Part shown: positions 1 to 13,599 of the stretch, in pieces
How positions within the stretch are numbered: the stretch's first letter is position 1
Layout: every line of letters begins with the position of its first letter
Source of the DNA: Utricularia gibba
Lineage: Eukaryota; Plantae; Magnoliophyta
DNA length: 64,000 nt
Assembly: GCA_002189035.1 (NCBI GenBank)
Contig: NEEC01000017.1
Coordinates: 372,001 to 436,000, forward strand
Direction of reading: 5' to 3'
The notes under the pieces: generated by a model
What the model saw: the letters and a program-made list of their open reading frames with translations, nothing else
Database searches by the model: none
What the model was told of the DNA's origin: nothing
Position numbers and translations under genes: made by a program

Positions 1-1217
1 TTCGAATTAGTAGTGATAAGTAAGTTCAGTAAACAAAATCAGGTTTCAATGCGAAAGGTAATAAGTATTGGTTCTAACTCAGAATAATACTAATATACCT
101 TAAGGGTCTGCAGGTGGTGTGGTGCTAAATTTTCTAATTTAAATTATCATTTTCCTACACTCACAACTTCAAATAACCTAGGTCTACCCAGGTCATTCAT
201 CATATTTTTGGTTAAGTTAGTCCACAATATCATCACCAACATTACAATTAGATCTACATGCATGCAAAGTGTATAGAACTAGGTCTACTTGATTCTACTG
301 ATTATTCCCCGAACTAACACCTATTGTTCCCGTCTTGATTTATTGGTCTACCTCTAAATCAATCATCTTAGTTGTGAAGCTACTTGTTCCCTTCCTTATG
401 TCTACCCATGAATTGATAGAAACAAGAGTTAAGAAACAATGATGAATTTTATTAAGACTCCTAGAGCCACACCACTATGTTTTACCTTAAGACATCACTA
501 GGGTTCTATCTACTCATACTTTGAAGTTAAAACATGATAACATTAACATAAAACAACAAAAATGTTAAGCACATTGTAAAAGAGTTGGATGTAGAAACCG
601 AAAAACATCAACAAACGAAAATAAAACAATAAGAGTTCTGGTTTCCGTCTGCTGCTATTCCTAGGCTGGAACAAGAGCGTTGGACTGGGCTCTGATGCTG
701 TTCTTGAGGATGAAGTTCTTCTTCTCCTCTCCTGGTCGGTGTTCTTCGTGTTGAAGGTGTTGTTGTTGCTGGAGAAGTCATTGGGGTTGCTCGATGTTGG
801 AGGGAAAAACCCCCCATGTGTGTTCTTAAAATTTTGGTTGCCCCCATTTGTGATTCTCTCTCCTCCTCATCTTTCTCTTACCTCTCACTTCCTAAGGCAA
901 GTACAATATTTGACAACTCTATTGCTCTTGCCTCTAATTTGCATACTGCTACCGCGATAGTATACTCATTGCTCCCTACAGCCTAGTGACTTGCACGAAA
1001 TCCTGATTTCTTCCTTGATTTTCGAGTTGCTGCTAGACTCAAAATTGGGTTAGCACATGGTGGGCTAAATCCTTTGATTTAGCTCACTAATCACACCAAA
1101 AATCACATTTTCCTAAATTATACAGAAAAATACTTAAAACTATAAAATAAACAACTAAACATAATTAAAAACTCATGATTTTCATATCCTAAAAACATGA
1201 AAATTTGTGTGCTATCC
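1..1217 (-). mobile_element. Athila-type LTR, family A (partial, runs off window start)
   Basis: Colinear similarity with 6832-8169 and 59701-61064 (e.g. CCTACACTCACAACTTCAAATAACCTA, GGTCATTCATCATATTTT). Ends GTGTGCTATCC where the other copies end TATCA. Orientation inferred from the PBS-linked copy at 54973. Confidence 0.8.
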
Positions 1218-1899
1218 TTTATATTTGGTGATGAGTAGACTTGACCATTGATATTAAATTATGATGAATGAAGTTTCCAATTTTCTTAGCTAATACTATG
1301 TCGATTTATCTATATATTTCCCTCTTCATGTACCTTTGAATCAATCTAGAACACATACAGTTTTTTGATTGTTTTCAATGTAATTTTTTAAGTTTGATTC
1401 TTGTTCTTTTACACTTTCATTTTCATTGTTTCTTTGATATTCTTTTCCTTCTCATGTGGTTTGTTCATGTGTGAGTAAAGCTGAAAAAAAATCTAACAAT
1501 TTTATTTTCTTATTGTATATTGATTTGTTTTCACAAGTGTCTCAATCCCATGTGAATTCATCAAAAACTATGTCCACTAATTTTTATTTTCATACTTTAT
1601 AGTTCCAAAATTCTATAACCTAATGTAATAAATTGCATCATAAGTGAATGTCCAGTTGAGACTTTTTATCCAATTGAGAATTTTTCCATGTTGAAACTAA
1701 GACAGTGCCTTTAGATGCATATTTCTTGAAAATTGTTGGACTTATCAAAGCCCAAGGGAGTGGGTTTATTTTTAGATCCTTGGCAGGTTTGTGCGGAAAT
1801 TCTACCCCAAGAGAAGGCAATTCAAATGCTCCAACTCCTTCAACGTCCAAACACAACAACAAGGAATATTGTTGCCCAGAAATGATTAAGGAATTGAGT

Positions 1900-2917
1900 G
1901 AAAAAGGTGTCTGATTTAATTCATGAGATGAAGGAGTTGAAACAGGGAGTGATTGACTCCTCCCTGAATCAAAAACATGTTGCTGAAGTTATTTCGTGCA
2001 GCTTAGTTTTTATTTTTTTATTTTTATTTTTATTTAGTTTTAATTTCACTTAGAATCCTATTTGTGTATGCAATGCAATGTCTATTAGTTTATGCTAGGA
2101 GTAGTCAAGTGCTTGTTGTTCGTTTTGTTTATCAGTAAGCTGCTTCGAATGGCCATATGGTTGAATCTTACAACTACAAGAGATGATTTGGATGTATGAC
2201 CTTTCTATGCCTTTTATATTCATGGGAGCATGTTTTTTACCTTCTACTTTATGAGAGCATGCACATGATTAGAGCAATCTAGTGAATGTGATCTAGATTA
2301 GCTTCAATTGAGTTTGTAGACTTCATAATTGTCTTGGGGACTGCTTGGCAGCTAAAAAGGGGGGGGGGGGGGGGGGGGGGGGAAGCACCACTAAAAAAAA
2401 TGATGAAAAAAAAAAGAGATCAAAGTCCTAAAAAGCAATACATAATAAAAAAGCATGTGCGGTCTCACTAAGTAGTGAATGGGTGAGCAAGGTGGATTGA
2501 TCCGGAGGAGTAGGAAAAGACCTAAAGTTATAAGGTACGAGTGCTTCGCAAACACTCCTTCGCACAAAAGGCCATGACATTATACCCAGATCAGTCTAGA
2601 AAAAACTGCCCTTCACTTTCCGAAAAAAAAAAAAGAAAAAAAAAACAAAAAAAGAAGAGAAGAAAAAAAGTTGGCAACCATACTCCTAAGCGATTTTGGA
2701 TGAATCAACTTGAGGAAGCAATCTTTGAAAACACTTCTCAAGAGGAATCTATTCATGCACATTTGAGTGATAACATGTCATGCACACCAACACTCCTATA
2801 GCTCATGCATCTCAAATTTATCAAACTTGTTTATGTTCATCAATGGCGTTGACAAAGTTAGTTTCATGTTAGTCTTACCTAGGACTTGTGGACAAGTCTC
2901 ATGTCGTTGTAGCGTAG
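1900..2917 (+). mobile_element. Probable Athila 3' internal non-coding region upstream of the LTR at 2918; includes a G24 run (2359-2382)
   Basis: Abuts a family-A LTR that has no matching TSD. Contains CTTGGGGAC and CTTGTGGACAAG motifs and A-rich tracts resembling Athila 3' regions. Boundaries are approximate. Confidence 0.4.
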
Positions 2918-4258
2918 TGTAATGACACACGTTTTCTTTGCACTTTATAATACAAAATTGTTATGTTTTACTTAGGTTTAGGTTAGGTTTGTATGGTTTT
3001 TCATGTTTTATGTATTGTTTATGTTAATTTTGTGTTTATGTTGAAAAGTGGACTAAATCCTTTGATTTAGTCCATCACCTTTTTTACTAATGTTTAATTA
3101 AGTTCAATAGGAGGATTAGCATCAAATCAGACTCAAAGACGTTGAATCAAGTTATAGGGGGGCAACATCTGTAGTCTACAAATTCAGATCGAGAACAGTA
3201 CCAATGTCAGGAACAGTGCAATGGAGTAAAGGAAAATAGATCTTTTTGGAGGAGAGAGAGGCCCCACAGCAAGAGAGCTTGAACAACAGCAGTGACACAA
3301 TGGAGTAAGATCCTTCAACAATAGGAACACAGACCAGAAGAGGAGAAGAAGAGCATCATCCTCAAGAAAACCACCAAAATCCAATTCAGCAGTACTGTTC
3401 CGGGCAATGAATAATAGCAGACGAGAACAAAAAAAATATTTTGCTTTATTTTTGTTTGCTGAATGTTTTTAGTTTATGTGATAGACTTCCTCACTTCCTC
3501 ACAATATTTATGTTACTTTGGCTATTTAATCTTAATGAAATTATGTTTTATCATCCAAGTATGAGTAGCTAGAACCTTAGAAATGCCTTAAAATAAAGCA
3601 TGGTGGTATGAGTCTAGGGTTCACAACACAATTCATCATCTTAACTTTTGTTTCTAGCATTCCATGGGTAGAACTAAGGAAGAAAATGAACAGCTTCGCA
3701 ACTTAGACACTTAATTTAGAGGTAGAACAATAAATCAAGGCGAGAACAGTAGATATTAGTCTAGGATAGAACCAGTAGAATCGGGTACACCTAGTTCTAT
3801 ACACTTTGCATGTGGGTAAATTTAATTGCGATGTTGGTAATGATATTGGAGACTATCTCAGCCGAAAATATGATGAATGACCTGGGTAGACTTAGGTTGT
3901 TTAAAGTTATGAGTATAGGAATATAGTAAATTAAATTAGTTATTTTAGCACCCTACACCCTTAAGACATCATAGTATTACTCTGTGTTCGAACCAGTATT
4001 TGTTATCTTTAACATTGAGACTTGATCTTGCTTATTGAACTTACTTACCATTGATAGTTTCAGCTTGGACTAACCACCACTGTTATTCCGAAATCTGCAT
4101 CTGCTGAAACATTTAGCAAACAAAAGCTCCTCGTAATCTGCCTCGAATTCCACTTTACATTTTGTGTTTAATTAGTATTTTTTGAGGATTAGCGATTACA
4201 AATTTGTTTGATACGATTTTTTTTTTATTGCAACGATAATAGGAATTTCCGTTTCTCA
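2918..4258 (+). mobile_element. Athila-type LTR, diverged family A copy (probable 3' LTR)
   Basis: Reverse-complement similarity to the family-A copies. Ends ATTGCAACGATAATAGGAATTTCCGTTTCTCA, like ...AATTCCCGTTTATCA at 57541. No PBS follows and no TSD was found. The start is uncertain (2918-2923). Confidence 0.7.
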
Positions 4259-4865
4259 ATATATCTTTCTTTCTTGAAACTATTTTATTACAATTATGCC
4301 ATATTTTTTCTAAACATTGAAGTAAGTCTTGGGTGCAATTAGATTAACAAAAATATCTTATAAATAGATTTTCTACTTTTATAAAATGTTTGTAACTAGC
4401 AATCAATGCAACAACATAATCAACTTGAGCACTATTAAGATCTAACAAAAAAGTAGACATATTGCCACTTATGAAATTCAAACTAAAATGCCTCAAGTAA
4501 CTACATACTTTATCTTTACGCTTCTTTCTCATGAGTCATATAAAATTTGAAGCAAAATCACCCTTATCATGATCATATATGATATCAAAATACTTACAAT
4601 ATACATTTTTACTTTGGTTTATTGATTGAAATGTATATATCAATTTATAAATGAAACATCCTATTTTTTGGGATAAAAAATATGCCAATTTATAGATGAA
4701 GTCTCCTCTTCATTTAGTGGTGCCTACTTTAATGTGATTCTACCATCAACACTCACTTGAAAAATTAATTTCAATCATCTCTAAAGTCCCAAATCTAAAA
4801 AACAATGAAAATGAGATATGCCCAAACACGATAATATGATTTTCGAAGATTTCAGAGTATCATAA

Positions 4866-5946
4866 TGATAAACGAAAAATTTTGTAAAGTCGTTAATTTG
4901 CAAATTTTTCCGATCAAATAAAATTTATATGAAAAATATGAGCATAGTAGACTAGGGTCAAACACAAGGAGCATGGTGCTTGCTATGTGAAAATCAATGC
5001 ATGAAATCAGTGTCACGTTGGTAAATTTGGTCTTAACTAGGACTAAGGCAGAACTACGATAAAATGCAGTAAAAAAAGTAATAATCTTTGGAACTCGGTT
5101 GTTTCTGAGATAAAATGGGTGATACCTTGGGACTCCTAGAGGATGTATGCTTATCACTAAACACATTCACACAAACCATAAATCATACAACTAACTCACA
5201 AGGTCTAGGTCTACCCGGACTCTTGTTTTCCCCCTAATCTTTTATCTATCTCTAATTAGGGTTGTAAAGCTGGGTTTCACTACTTCCCCCTTCTAGATCT
5301 ATCTTGGTTTGTTAAGGAGGTGGCATGGCTTATGGTTGATTAGGTCTAAAAATTGATTAGCACATCTATCCTCCTTTCACCCCTAAGGTACCCCTAAATA
5401 CTTAGCCACTCATAATAATGAAAAGAAAAACATTTTCATAACCTAGAAACCAGAACATGTTCATGTCGTTGTGCAACAACAAGAAAGAAATAGAAACAAA
5501 GATAGAAGATGATAAACAATCCATGCTGAAAGCTCAATCTATTCCTAATTAGGAATAGTATTCCTGATAAACGAAAAGTTCAAGTGTAGTTGAAATCTTC
5601 TTCTTCGTCCTCCATGGTTCTTCTGCGACTTCCCCCCCCCCCCAGAAACCGTCTCCAGAAAGCTTGTTCGTGAGTATCCAATGAGTAGATCTGTCTTCTC
5701 TCTCCATCTTTTTCTCTTTTTGTCCAAAATCTCCCTTTTTATCCTTCTTGGATTTTGTGTGTACTCCTTTTCAAATTTCTGTCTCATCCTCTTCCACTAA
5801 ATCGTAGATTTAGTCCCAACTAAGACTAAAATAGCATAACTACGATATTATGCACAAAAACATAGAATTAGGCAATAAAACGTGATTTTTGTAACACAAT
5901 ATGAGTAATTTTCATGTATTCCATCAATAAAAAATATATGTTATCA
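4866..5946 (-). mobile_element. Solo LTR, Athila-type family B
   Basis: TGATAA...TTATCA termini with flanks CATAA/CGTAA (4/5 TSD, CpG-type transition). Reverse-complement similarity to 9190-10353 and 55833-56997. Confidence 0.85.
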
Positions 5947-6458
5947 CGTAATCTATGTAGGACATTTTGATAAGTCTTTAATTTCTTCCAAGACACCCAT
6001 CATGAGTCTATCTTTTGGATACCTCGGTAGATCCATAACCATGCCCAATTTTAATAAATTATGTTGTATCTTTTGTGTATTTCATAAATGAAAGAATAAT
6101 ATCTAATTTTTTAGTGTCTTATGACACTCATTTTCTTATATTATGAAATTAACACTATTAACAATTAAATTGCATTGTTTAAGTAATAGTTTTGAGTACT
6201 TATAATTTTTTTCTATATTTGCATGTTAAAAAATATGGATTAGTTGAAGTATATAGTTCACATTCCAAAATTCATGGTTTCAATATTGGATTATTTTGAA
6301 GAATGACCATTCCAAAAATCTAAATTTCTAAAAATTATATTATTCAAATTTTGTTTGAAGAATAATATTGCTTCATTAAAAAAATAAATAATAAAAAAAT
6401 ATAAAAAAAATTAATTTCCATTTTTTCACAATATACACAATTATGAATAATATAATAA

Positions 6459-6461
<3 letters not shown>

Positions 6462-6500
<39 letters not shown>
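6462..6500. repeat. (TA)n microsatellite, about 19 units
   Basis: Perfect TA run read directly from the sequence. Confidence 0.95.
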
Positions 6501-6504
<4 letters not shown>

Positions 6505-6831
6505 ATACAATATTTATAAAAATAATGAAAAAATAATTTATTACTTCTATATTTTAATAAAAATTATCATTATTAATCCATCATTTATATGTTTTTATAT
6601 TAAAAATTGGATCATTGTGAGTTAAGGATAGATGACAAGTGGAAATTAATTCATGACTATGATCGAAAAAAGAGAGAAAAGGTATCAAATGTCAATGGAT
6701 CACATGGGTACATAAACTTCACTCATCATCAAGTGTCAACATGATTCTAATTTTCTATTTCAAAGCGATACTGAAGCATCACTCATTTTATTAGAGAAAC
6801 AATGAAAATTTCATTTTTGGTTATATTCTAT

Positions 6832-8169
6832 TGATAAAAGAAAATTTTAGCAATATCGTTGCAATAAAACCAAATTTTTGTATCAAATAAATTTATAAGC
6901 CCTAAACCTCACAAAATAAAAATTAAACACAAAGTGTACAGTGGAATTCGAGGTCGATCACAAGGAGCAGGTGCTTGCAATGTATTCTAAGTAGATGTAG
7001 AATTCGGAATAACAATATTTCTTAATTCAGTAAGCAAGATCAGGTTTCAACGCTAAAGGTAACAATTACTGGTTCTAACTCAAAGTAATAGAAAGATGCC
7101 TTAAGAGTCTACAGATGGTGTGATGCCAAAATTCCTAATTTAATCTACCATGTTACTACACTCACAACTTCAAATAACCTAAGTCTACCCAGTCATTCAT
7201 CATATTTTTGGCTAAGCTAGTCCCCTATATCATCACCAACATTGCAATTGGGTTTACCCGTATGCAAAGCATATAAAACTAGGTCTACCCGATTCAACTG
7301 TTTCTATCCCAGACTAACACTTACTGCTCCCCTCCCATCTTGATTTATTGGTCTACCTCTAAATCAAGTATCTAAGTTGTGAAGTTACTTGTTCCCCTCC
7401 TTAGATCTACCCATGGATTGATAGACACAAGAGCTACGGAACAAAAATTTTATTAAGACTATTAAATTTGCACCACAATGTTTTACCTTAAGGCATCCCT
7501 AGGGCTTTAGCTACTCATACTTTGAAGATAAAACATGTTAATATTAACATAAAATGGTGAAAATGTGTAGAACATCGTGAAAGAGTTGGTTGCAGAAACT
7601 AAAAACATCAACAAACTAAAATAAAACAGTAAGAGTTCTGGTTTCCGTCTGCTACTGTTCACAGGCCGGAACAGTAACGCTGGACTGGGTCTTGATCTTC
7701 TTCCTTCACGCTGGAGGTTTTTCTCTAGAAAATCGCCCTTCTTTTTCTTCTCCTTTCGGTATTCTTCATGTTCAAGATGGAGGGGAGAACCCCTCGTGTG
7801 TGTGCTGCAAACTGCTGGTTCCCTTTTGCGATTCTCTCTCCTCTCACTTCCCATACAGTTTTTGACAGCTCTGCTGCTCCTGCACCTAACTTGCAGATTG
7901 TCGCTGTGATAGTATACTCATTGCTCTCTGCTGCACGGTGACTTGCACGAAATCCTTGTTCTTTCCATGATTTTCGGGTTGCTGCTAGACTCAAAATTGG
8001 GTTAGAACATGGGTGGACTAAATCAAAGGATTTAGCCCACTAACACACCAAAAATCACATTTTTCTAAATTATACTTAAAAATACTTAAAACTATAAAAT
8101 AAACAACTAAATATAATTAAAAACTTGTAATTTTCATATCCTAAAAGTAGGAAAATCTGTGTGCTATCA
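6832..8169 (-). mobile_element. Solo LTR, Athila-type family A (1338 bp)
   Basis: TGATA...TATCA termini with a perfect 5-bp TSD, TCTAT (6827-6831 and 8170-8174). Confidence 0.92.
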
Positions 8170-9189
8170 TCTATGTATCTATTCAAACATATGTATTTTA
8201 ATGTAAAAAAAATATAGGTACAAAAGAAATCCTATGAATTTCTAATATAATTCTATAGTCCACAATAATTAAATAGGGTTTCCACACCATGTACGCATAT
8301 GCATCCTTAACAAAAATGTGATAAAATAATTTTAAATAATGCAAACTCTTGTAACCAAACATATATTGTATCCCAAATTTATATAATACGTTTTAAATAA
8401 ATTCAATCCAAACTACGATGCATAAATCCACATATCAAATAGGCTATTAAAGATTGTTAAATGGATTATGTTATATTTGAATTGGTCTATTGTATTGATA
8501 TACTAATACTTCAAATTTTAGTTACATTGCATAGTCTTGGGCCTAAAAATAAGGGTCACTCACTTACCACTTTTGGTTTTGCATTCTTTTTTGGGGAATA
8601 TACTGTAGCATGAAAGTCAAAGAAGCAACTCTTCGTCACTCTTTCAACTTGCAAAGCTGAATATATGTCAGCAAATCAAAGTGTTTGTTTGTCATGGAAT
8701 TTGGATGGATATGTATTGGAGAATTTTGGCATTCCCTATGTTATGGCAATACCAATTTATATAGACAATAAGTTCTTCCCTAGAATTCGGCATTCCATCT
8801 AAAAAGAAGCCACATATGAACAAGAAAAGTTCATTTTTTCAAAGGGTGTGTTGTTCAGAAATCATCATTTGATTTCTATGGAAACCAAATTCATGTTAGA
8901 TCAGTTTTTCAACTTATCGTGTTTATTTTATAGTTTATAAAATGAAATTAAAAGGAGAAAGCAACAAAAAATTTTAGGTAGAAACCCAAGAACCAGTAGA
9001 AAAATAACCATTTTAGTGTCAACTCAAACCAATCAATGGATACAAGGTTGAAACCACACCACATTAAGTTAATAAATACGAGAGGCACAAGAAATAGTAG
9101 CACCCCCACAATCAACCATTGCACGATCAGAAGAACTTGGCAAGTGACCAAATCACTTCCTTCTTTTGGAAAAGAATCCTATGTTGGAT

Positions 9190-10353
9190 TGTAACACATA
9201 TTTTTAAGTGATTGAGTGCATGGAAAAGATTCATATTGTGCTACAAAAATTTAGTTTTGCTACCTAGTTTTATATTTTTGCGCATAAGTACCGCAATTGT
9301 GTTATTTTAGTCTTAGTTGGGACTAAATCTACGATTTAGTCTCAACCTTCTAATAGTTTTACTCGAGCAATGCAGTGTAGGTCGTAACACGAATTCCAAG
9401 GAGCTGAATATGCACACTGTAGTGGCAGAAGATGAGTCCAAATGTCTGAAAAATGGTACACACAAAATCCAAGGAGTAAAAAAGAGATTTTTGACAAAAA
9501 AGGGAGGAAAGATGAGAGAGAAGGCAGATCTCCCCTTGGAGACTCACGAACAAGTTTCTGGAGAAAGAAGAAGGAGAGGACGACAAACCAGAAGAACACA
9601 GCTTCTCTTGAGAAATTATTTTCATTCTTCATGTTTACTGTTCCTAGCTAAGACTAGATTTAGATTTCCTGTGTGTACGAAGTGTCTATCCTACTTTTGC
9701 TTCATATGGCTTGTTGTTGTTTAGCATTTGTAGCCAAGATGTTGCTTAGTATCTGCTATGAAGATGTTTTACTTTCCATTACCATGAGTAGCTAAGCACT
9801 TAGATGGGGGTGACTTGGGGTGAAGAGGAGAGAAATATGCTAATCCATCCTTAGACCTAATAAATCACGAGTCACACTAATTTCTTAACAAACTAGGATA
9901 AATCCAGAGGGGAAGGTAGTGAAATTCAATTTAACAACCCTAATTAGAGGTAGACCAAAGATTAGGGGGAAAAACAAGAATCCGGGTAGACCTAGATTTT
10001 GTAAGTTAGTTGTATGATTTTTTATTTATGTGAGCTTGTTTAGTGATAGGCATACATTCCCTAGGAGTCCCAAGGCATCACCCATTCCATCTTAGAAACT
10101 ACTGAAGCCCAAAACTTGTTACTTTTCTTTACTGCATTCTATCGTAGTTCTGTTTTATTCCTAGCTAAGACCAATTTTACCAACGTGACACTGATTGCAT
10201 GCATTAACACTCACATAGCAAGCACCTACTCTTCGTGTTCGACCCTAATCACTATGCTCATAATTGTTTTATGCTTGAAGGTGTATTAGGTTATAAATTT
10301 ATTTGATAGGAGAAATTTGCATTTAACGACATTGCATAATTTTTCGTTTATCA
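9190..10353 (+). mobile_element. Solo LTR, Athila-type family B (1164 bp)
   Basis: TGTAACAC...TTTATCA termini with flanks TGGAT/TGGAC (4/5). Similar along its length to 55833-56997. Confidence 0.82.
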
Positions 10354-10950
10354 TGGACTAATTCTTTCCCAAGTTTTTCTTTTCCATTTCTAAGTATCAT
10401 CGTGCTTATATTTTGTGCTCTCTTAGAGTTTGGATTCTGCATGGCTTGCAATGGTAAACTCCCTTTTTGCTTCAATTCTCTAATCTCTGTTGCCAATAGA
10501 GTTATAAATTTTTGATTGCTTGTTGATTATAGGTTTGATTTTTTATGGATTGGATCATGAAGGTTTTCAGAATTTCCTCCGAAATTGTTCTAATTTGGAG
10601 GCTGACATTGTTATTGAATTTAGTGGTTTTGCTTTTGAAATGGAGTAGTTTCGTTGCTCCCAAAAATTCTACAAGAAACCCTTATTGTTCAGAAGTTGAA
10701 CTTTTGCCTCTCTAAGAATGATCGTTGTTGTTCCATTTAAAATTTGGATAATCCTTCCATCCTAGAGGCTCATACTTCTTCCTTGGTTAAGGCGCAATAA
10801 ATCCTATTGCTTTCACAAGTTCTTTTTTCAAGCAAGTATGAATACTTATCAGCAATATGTCCCATTCTATGAAAATTTCTACAAGATATATTCTTAGTTT
10901 GAAAAAATAATTCCTTCATCATACCAAACATTGTAACAACATTAGGCGTT
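10354..10950 (-). pseudogene. Athila gag fragment
   Basis: Translates to MMKELFFQTKNISCRNFHRMGHIADKY and LATEIRELKQKGSLPLQAMQNPNSKRAQNISTMILRNGKEK. These match the gag at 58450-59040 (MMKELFLFQVKNMPCGNCHITGHVTDK; LAVELGDLKQKGSLPSQPMPNPNSNRGPNISAITLRSGKEK). Confidence 0.8.
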
Positions 10951-13599
10951 ATAATTTTTCTAGTTTTTGGATCCCAAAACATATATCCAAACTCCTCATT
11001 ACCATAAATAGGAAATATACATTCCAACATGATCATCCATCTTCTTTCTTTTTCTAGAATCAACAAGAGCAAGTGCCTTATATTCAAATACTTTTGTCTA
11101 TAACCAACTAGTTTTCCAGTCCATTTAGCTTTTGAAATTTCATCATTCAAAGTAATAGTAAACAATCTATTTTCTGAATAGAAATCTATTAGTAAGTTTT
11201 TTGCTCATAGCCTTTTAGGGAATTGTATTGCTCTAATCATTCTTAAAGCTTTGTTCATCAATATTCTTTTTATTCTCTCTACTGCCCATTATGCAATGGA
11301 GTTTCTAGAACTATTTTTCATGTCTAAATCCAATGCTTCTCATATAGGTCTTGAACTCATCAAAGGAAGACTCGCCTTCATTGTTACATCTCAATTCTTA
11401 AACGACTCAATTTCACTCCCAACTCCCTCACAAGTTTAGGAAGCCAACCTTTAAGATAATCTAATGTTTCATCCTTGATTTTAATTAAATACACATATTT
11501 CTTTTGAGTGGCATCATCCACTAAAGAATAGAAATGTTTTTTCCACCAAAAGATTTACAATTAACAAAACAAACATCTGAAAAAATAAGTTACAAAGGAT
11601 TTCTTTTCATTTTCATGGATTTGCTAAAACTTACTTTAGTCATCTTTTTGAAGCTTTCACACTTGTTATATAGAGAATTATCCTTGAAAGATATATAACT
11701 CTTTTTATGTAATTGATGAAGACTAGATTCAGACAAGTGAGCCAATCTATTATACCAAATTTCGATATCATTTTCAGCAAATTTAGAAAGGATTCTACAA
11801 TTGATATTCTAGTTCAATATAAGGTATTTTTCAGCTCCCCCATTACGATAACAAGTGATCCCCTATATAGCTTCCACTTCTTCCCTCCTTCATTATTTAT
11901 ATACTTTATCAAACACTTCTATTGACAGTAAATTCAATTTCATATCCAGAATATGTCTAAAATCATGAAATATCATTCTAAAATTCTTATTAGTAATGAT
12001 CTCAATATCCCATATGCCAACAATTGTTGAGGTGGAGGAGTTTCTCATTCAAGTTCTTTCATTTTTTATTGTCCTATTACTTAAAAAAAAGTTCTTTTCT
12101 CAAGGTTACATGTAAGAAACTCCTAAATCGGCCGTCAATTTTTTACTATTATCACTTCCTTTCTTTTCCTCTTCAATTGATAGCATTACATACAATCTTT
12201 TAAAACTTATGCAGTGTGTAAGGAGTTTGAGAAGATTATTTAACCTAATGATGAGATAACAACATTTAGTATCCTCAATGATTAGTTCCTCTTCCTCTAA
12301 GAAATTTGTTTCACCATCCTACTGTTCAATGATTCTTTTGTAGAATTTACAATATTTCTTTATAAATTCCTTTTTACCACAAAATTAACATCTTATTTTC
12401 TCTATCACTTCACCATCATCATACTCTTTACTAAAGGGCTCTTACTCTTTCACTTCTTGTTTAGTATCTTTCCTCTACTATTACTCTTGATTCTTTGTTT
12501 TTAGATTTTCCTCTCTACTGAACAACAACTATTGTGGTTTGTGTTGAACAATTTGTTCCATCTTCTCTTCTTCAAAGTTCTTCATTTATCAAAGACTCCT
12601 CTACAATAGCTAGAGTAAGATTGGTCTTTGGTTTTGAGTTTGTTAGAGATATGATAAGAGCTTCCCAAGAATCTGAAGAATTGTAATGCAAAACAAAACA
12701 TTGATTTTTTATAGTAGTTCAATATCAACCTCTTCAAAAGACCCTAAAATTTTCCAAAATGCTCTTGCATGGGTACACCATCTTTATACTTCAAGTTTAT
12801 AAGTTTCTAGAGTATGAATCCCTAGTTTTGTGCTGTCGTTGGCTTAAATACATATTGCAGAGTTTTCCACATCACCTTAGCATCAATCATATTCTTCACA
12901 TGAGAATGGGTATCCGAACCAACTCAATAAAGTATGCTGGCCATTTTTTGGCAATGCATTTTCTTCTATTTTTCTTATGTATACTTTATTGAACTTTTTG
13001 TACCATATTTCATTAGATCCCATAGATCCTTACAAACTAATAAATCCTCCGTACACTCTTTTCACTTAAAAAATTTATAGAAGTTAACTTGAACATTGCA
13101 CTTCCTTCATCTCTTGGTAGTGGCTTTAGTCTTGATGAATAATAGTTAGAATTTCGACGGCAACAATAACCAAAAATGAACTCTTAGAATTCCCAAAAAT
13201 AGTATCCTTGCTTTCTTTATTTTCCACCAAATGAGTGACCAACATGAGCCACCATTTTGTTAAGAAATCATCTTCTCATTTCTACGGAAACCAAATTCAA
13301 GTTAAATCGATTTTCCAACTTATCTTATTTATCTTATAGCCTATCAAAGGAAACTAAGTGCAGACATTAACACGAGATTTTTGATAGGTGAAAACCTAAG
13401 TACTAAGAGATAAACCCCTCTTTTATTAGCAACTCAAAATTATTAAAAAGTAGAAAATTGAAGCCACACCACCATTAAGTTAATAATCACAAGAGGCCGA
13501 ACGTAGTAACCTCTCAACAATTTTATAAACTTGATAAGTGATCAAACTACTTTCTCTCTTCAAGATGAATCCCAAGCTGAACTCTCAAGAGTAATAACT

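Larger units (their letters stand above)
8852..13587 (-). mobile_element. Old, degraded Ty1/copia element with about 330-bp LTR-like direct repeats (8852-9189, 13258-13587); interrupted by a family-B solo LTR and carrying an Athila gag fragment
   Basis: The two repeats become similar exactly at TGTT(C/A)AGAAATCATC. Minus-strand remnants: gag knuckle-like RC*FCGKKEFIKKYC (~12350-12400), integrase KHFYSLVDDATQK (11501-11539) and CIFPIYGNEEFGYMFWDPKTRKII (~10950-11025). TGG follows the 13258 LTR edge on the minus strand. No convincing TSD. Confidence 0.55.

Noticed and set aside
2359-2382. G24 run as a possible G-quadruplex element
   Set aside because: It lies in a retroelement-derived region, and homopolymer lengths look unreliable in this assembly. 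No evidence of function.
2541-2801. 86-aa Lys-rich ORF resembling an NLS protein
   Set aside because: The Lys/Arg run comes from a poly-A tract in repeat DNA. No domain signal.
2972-2989. TTAGGTTTAGGTTAGG telomere-like motif
   Set aside because: Only 2-3 degenerate units inside an LTR, expected by chance in T/G-rich sequence.
7507-7854. Recurrent LTR-encoded ORF (RRKPELL...LQSMSS, also 60398-60691)
   Set aside because: It recurs only because the LTRs are homologous. The frame is not kept in the other family-A copies (608-847 reads in a different frame).
9342-9724. Overlapping ORFs in family-B LTRs (also 5545-5787, 55957-56248)
   Set aside because: Low-complexity purine/pyrimidine-skewed LTR sequence with inconsistent frames between copies.
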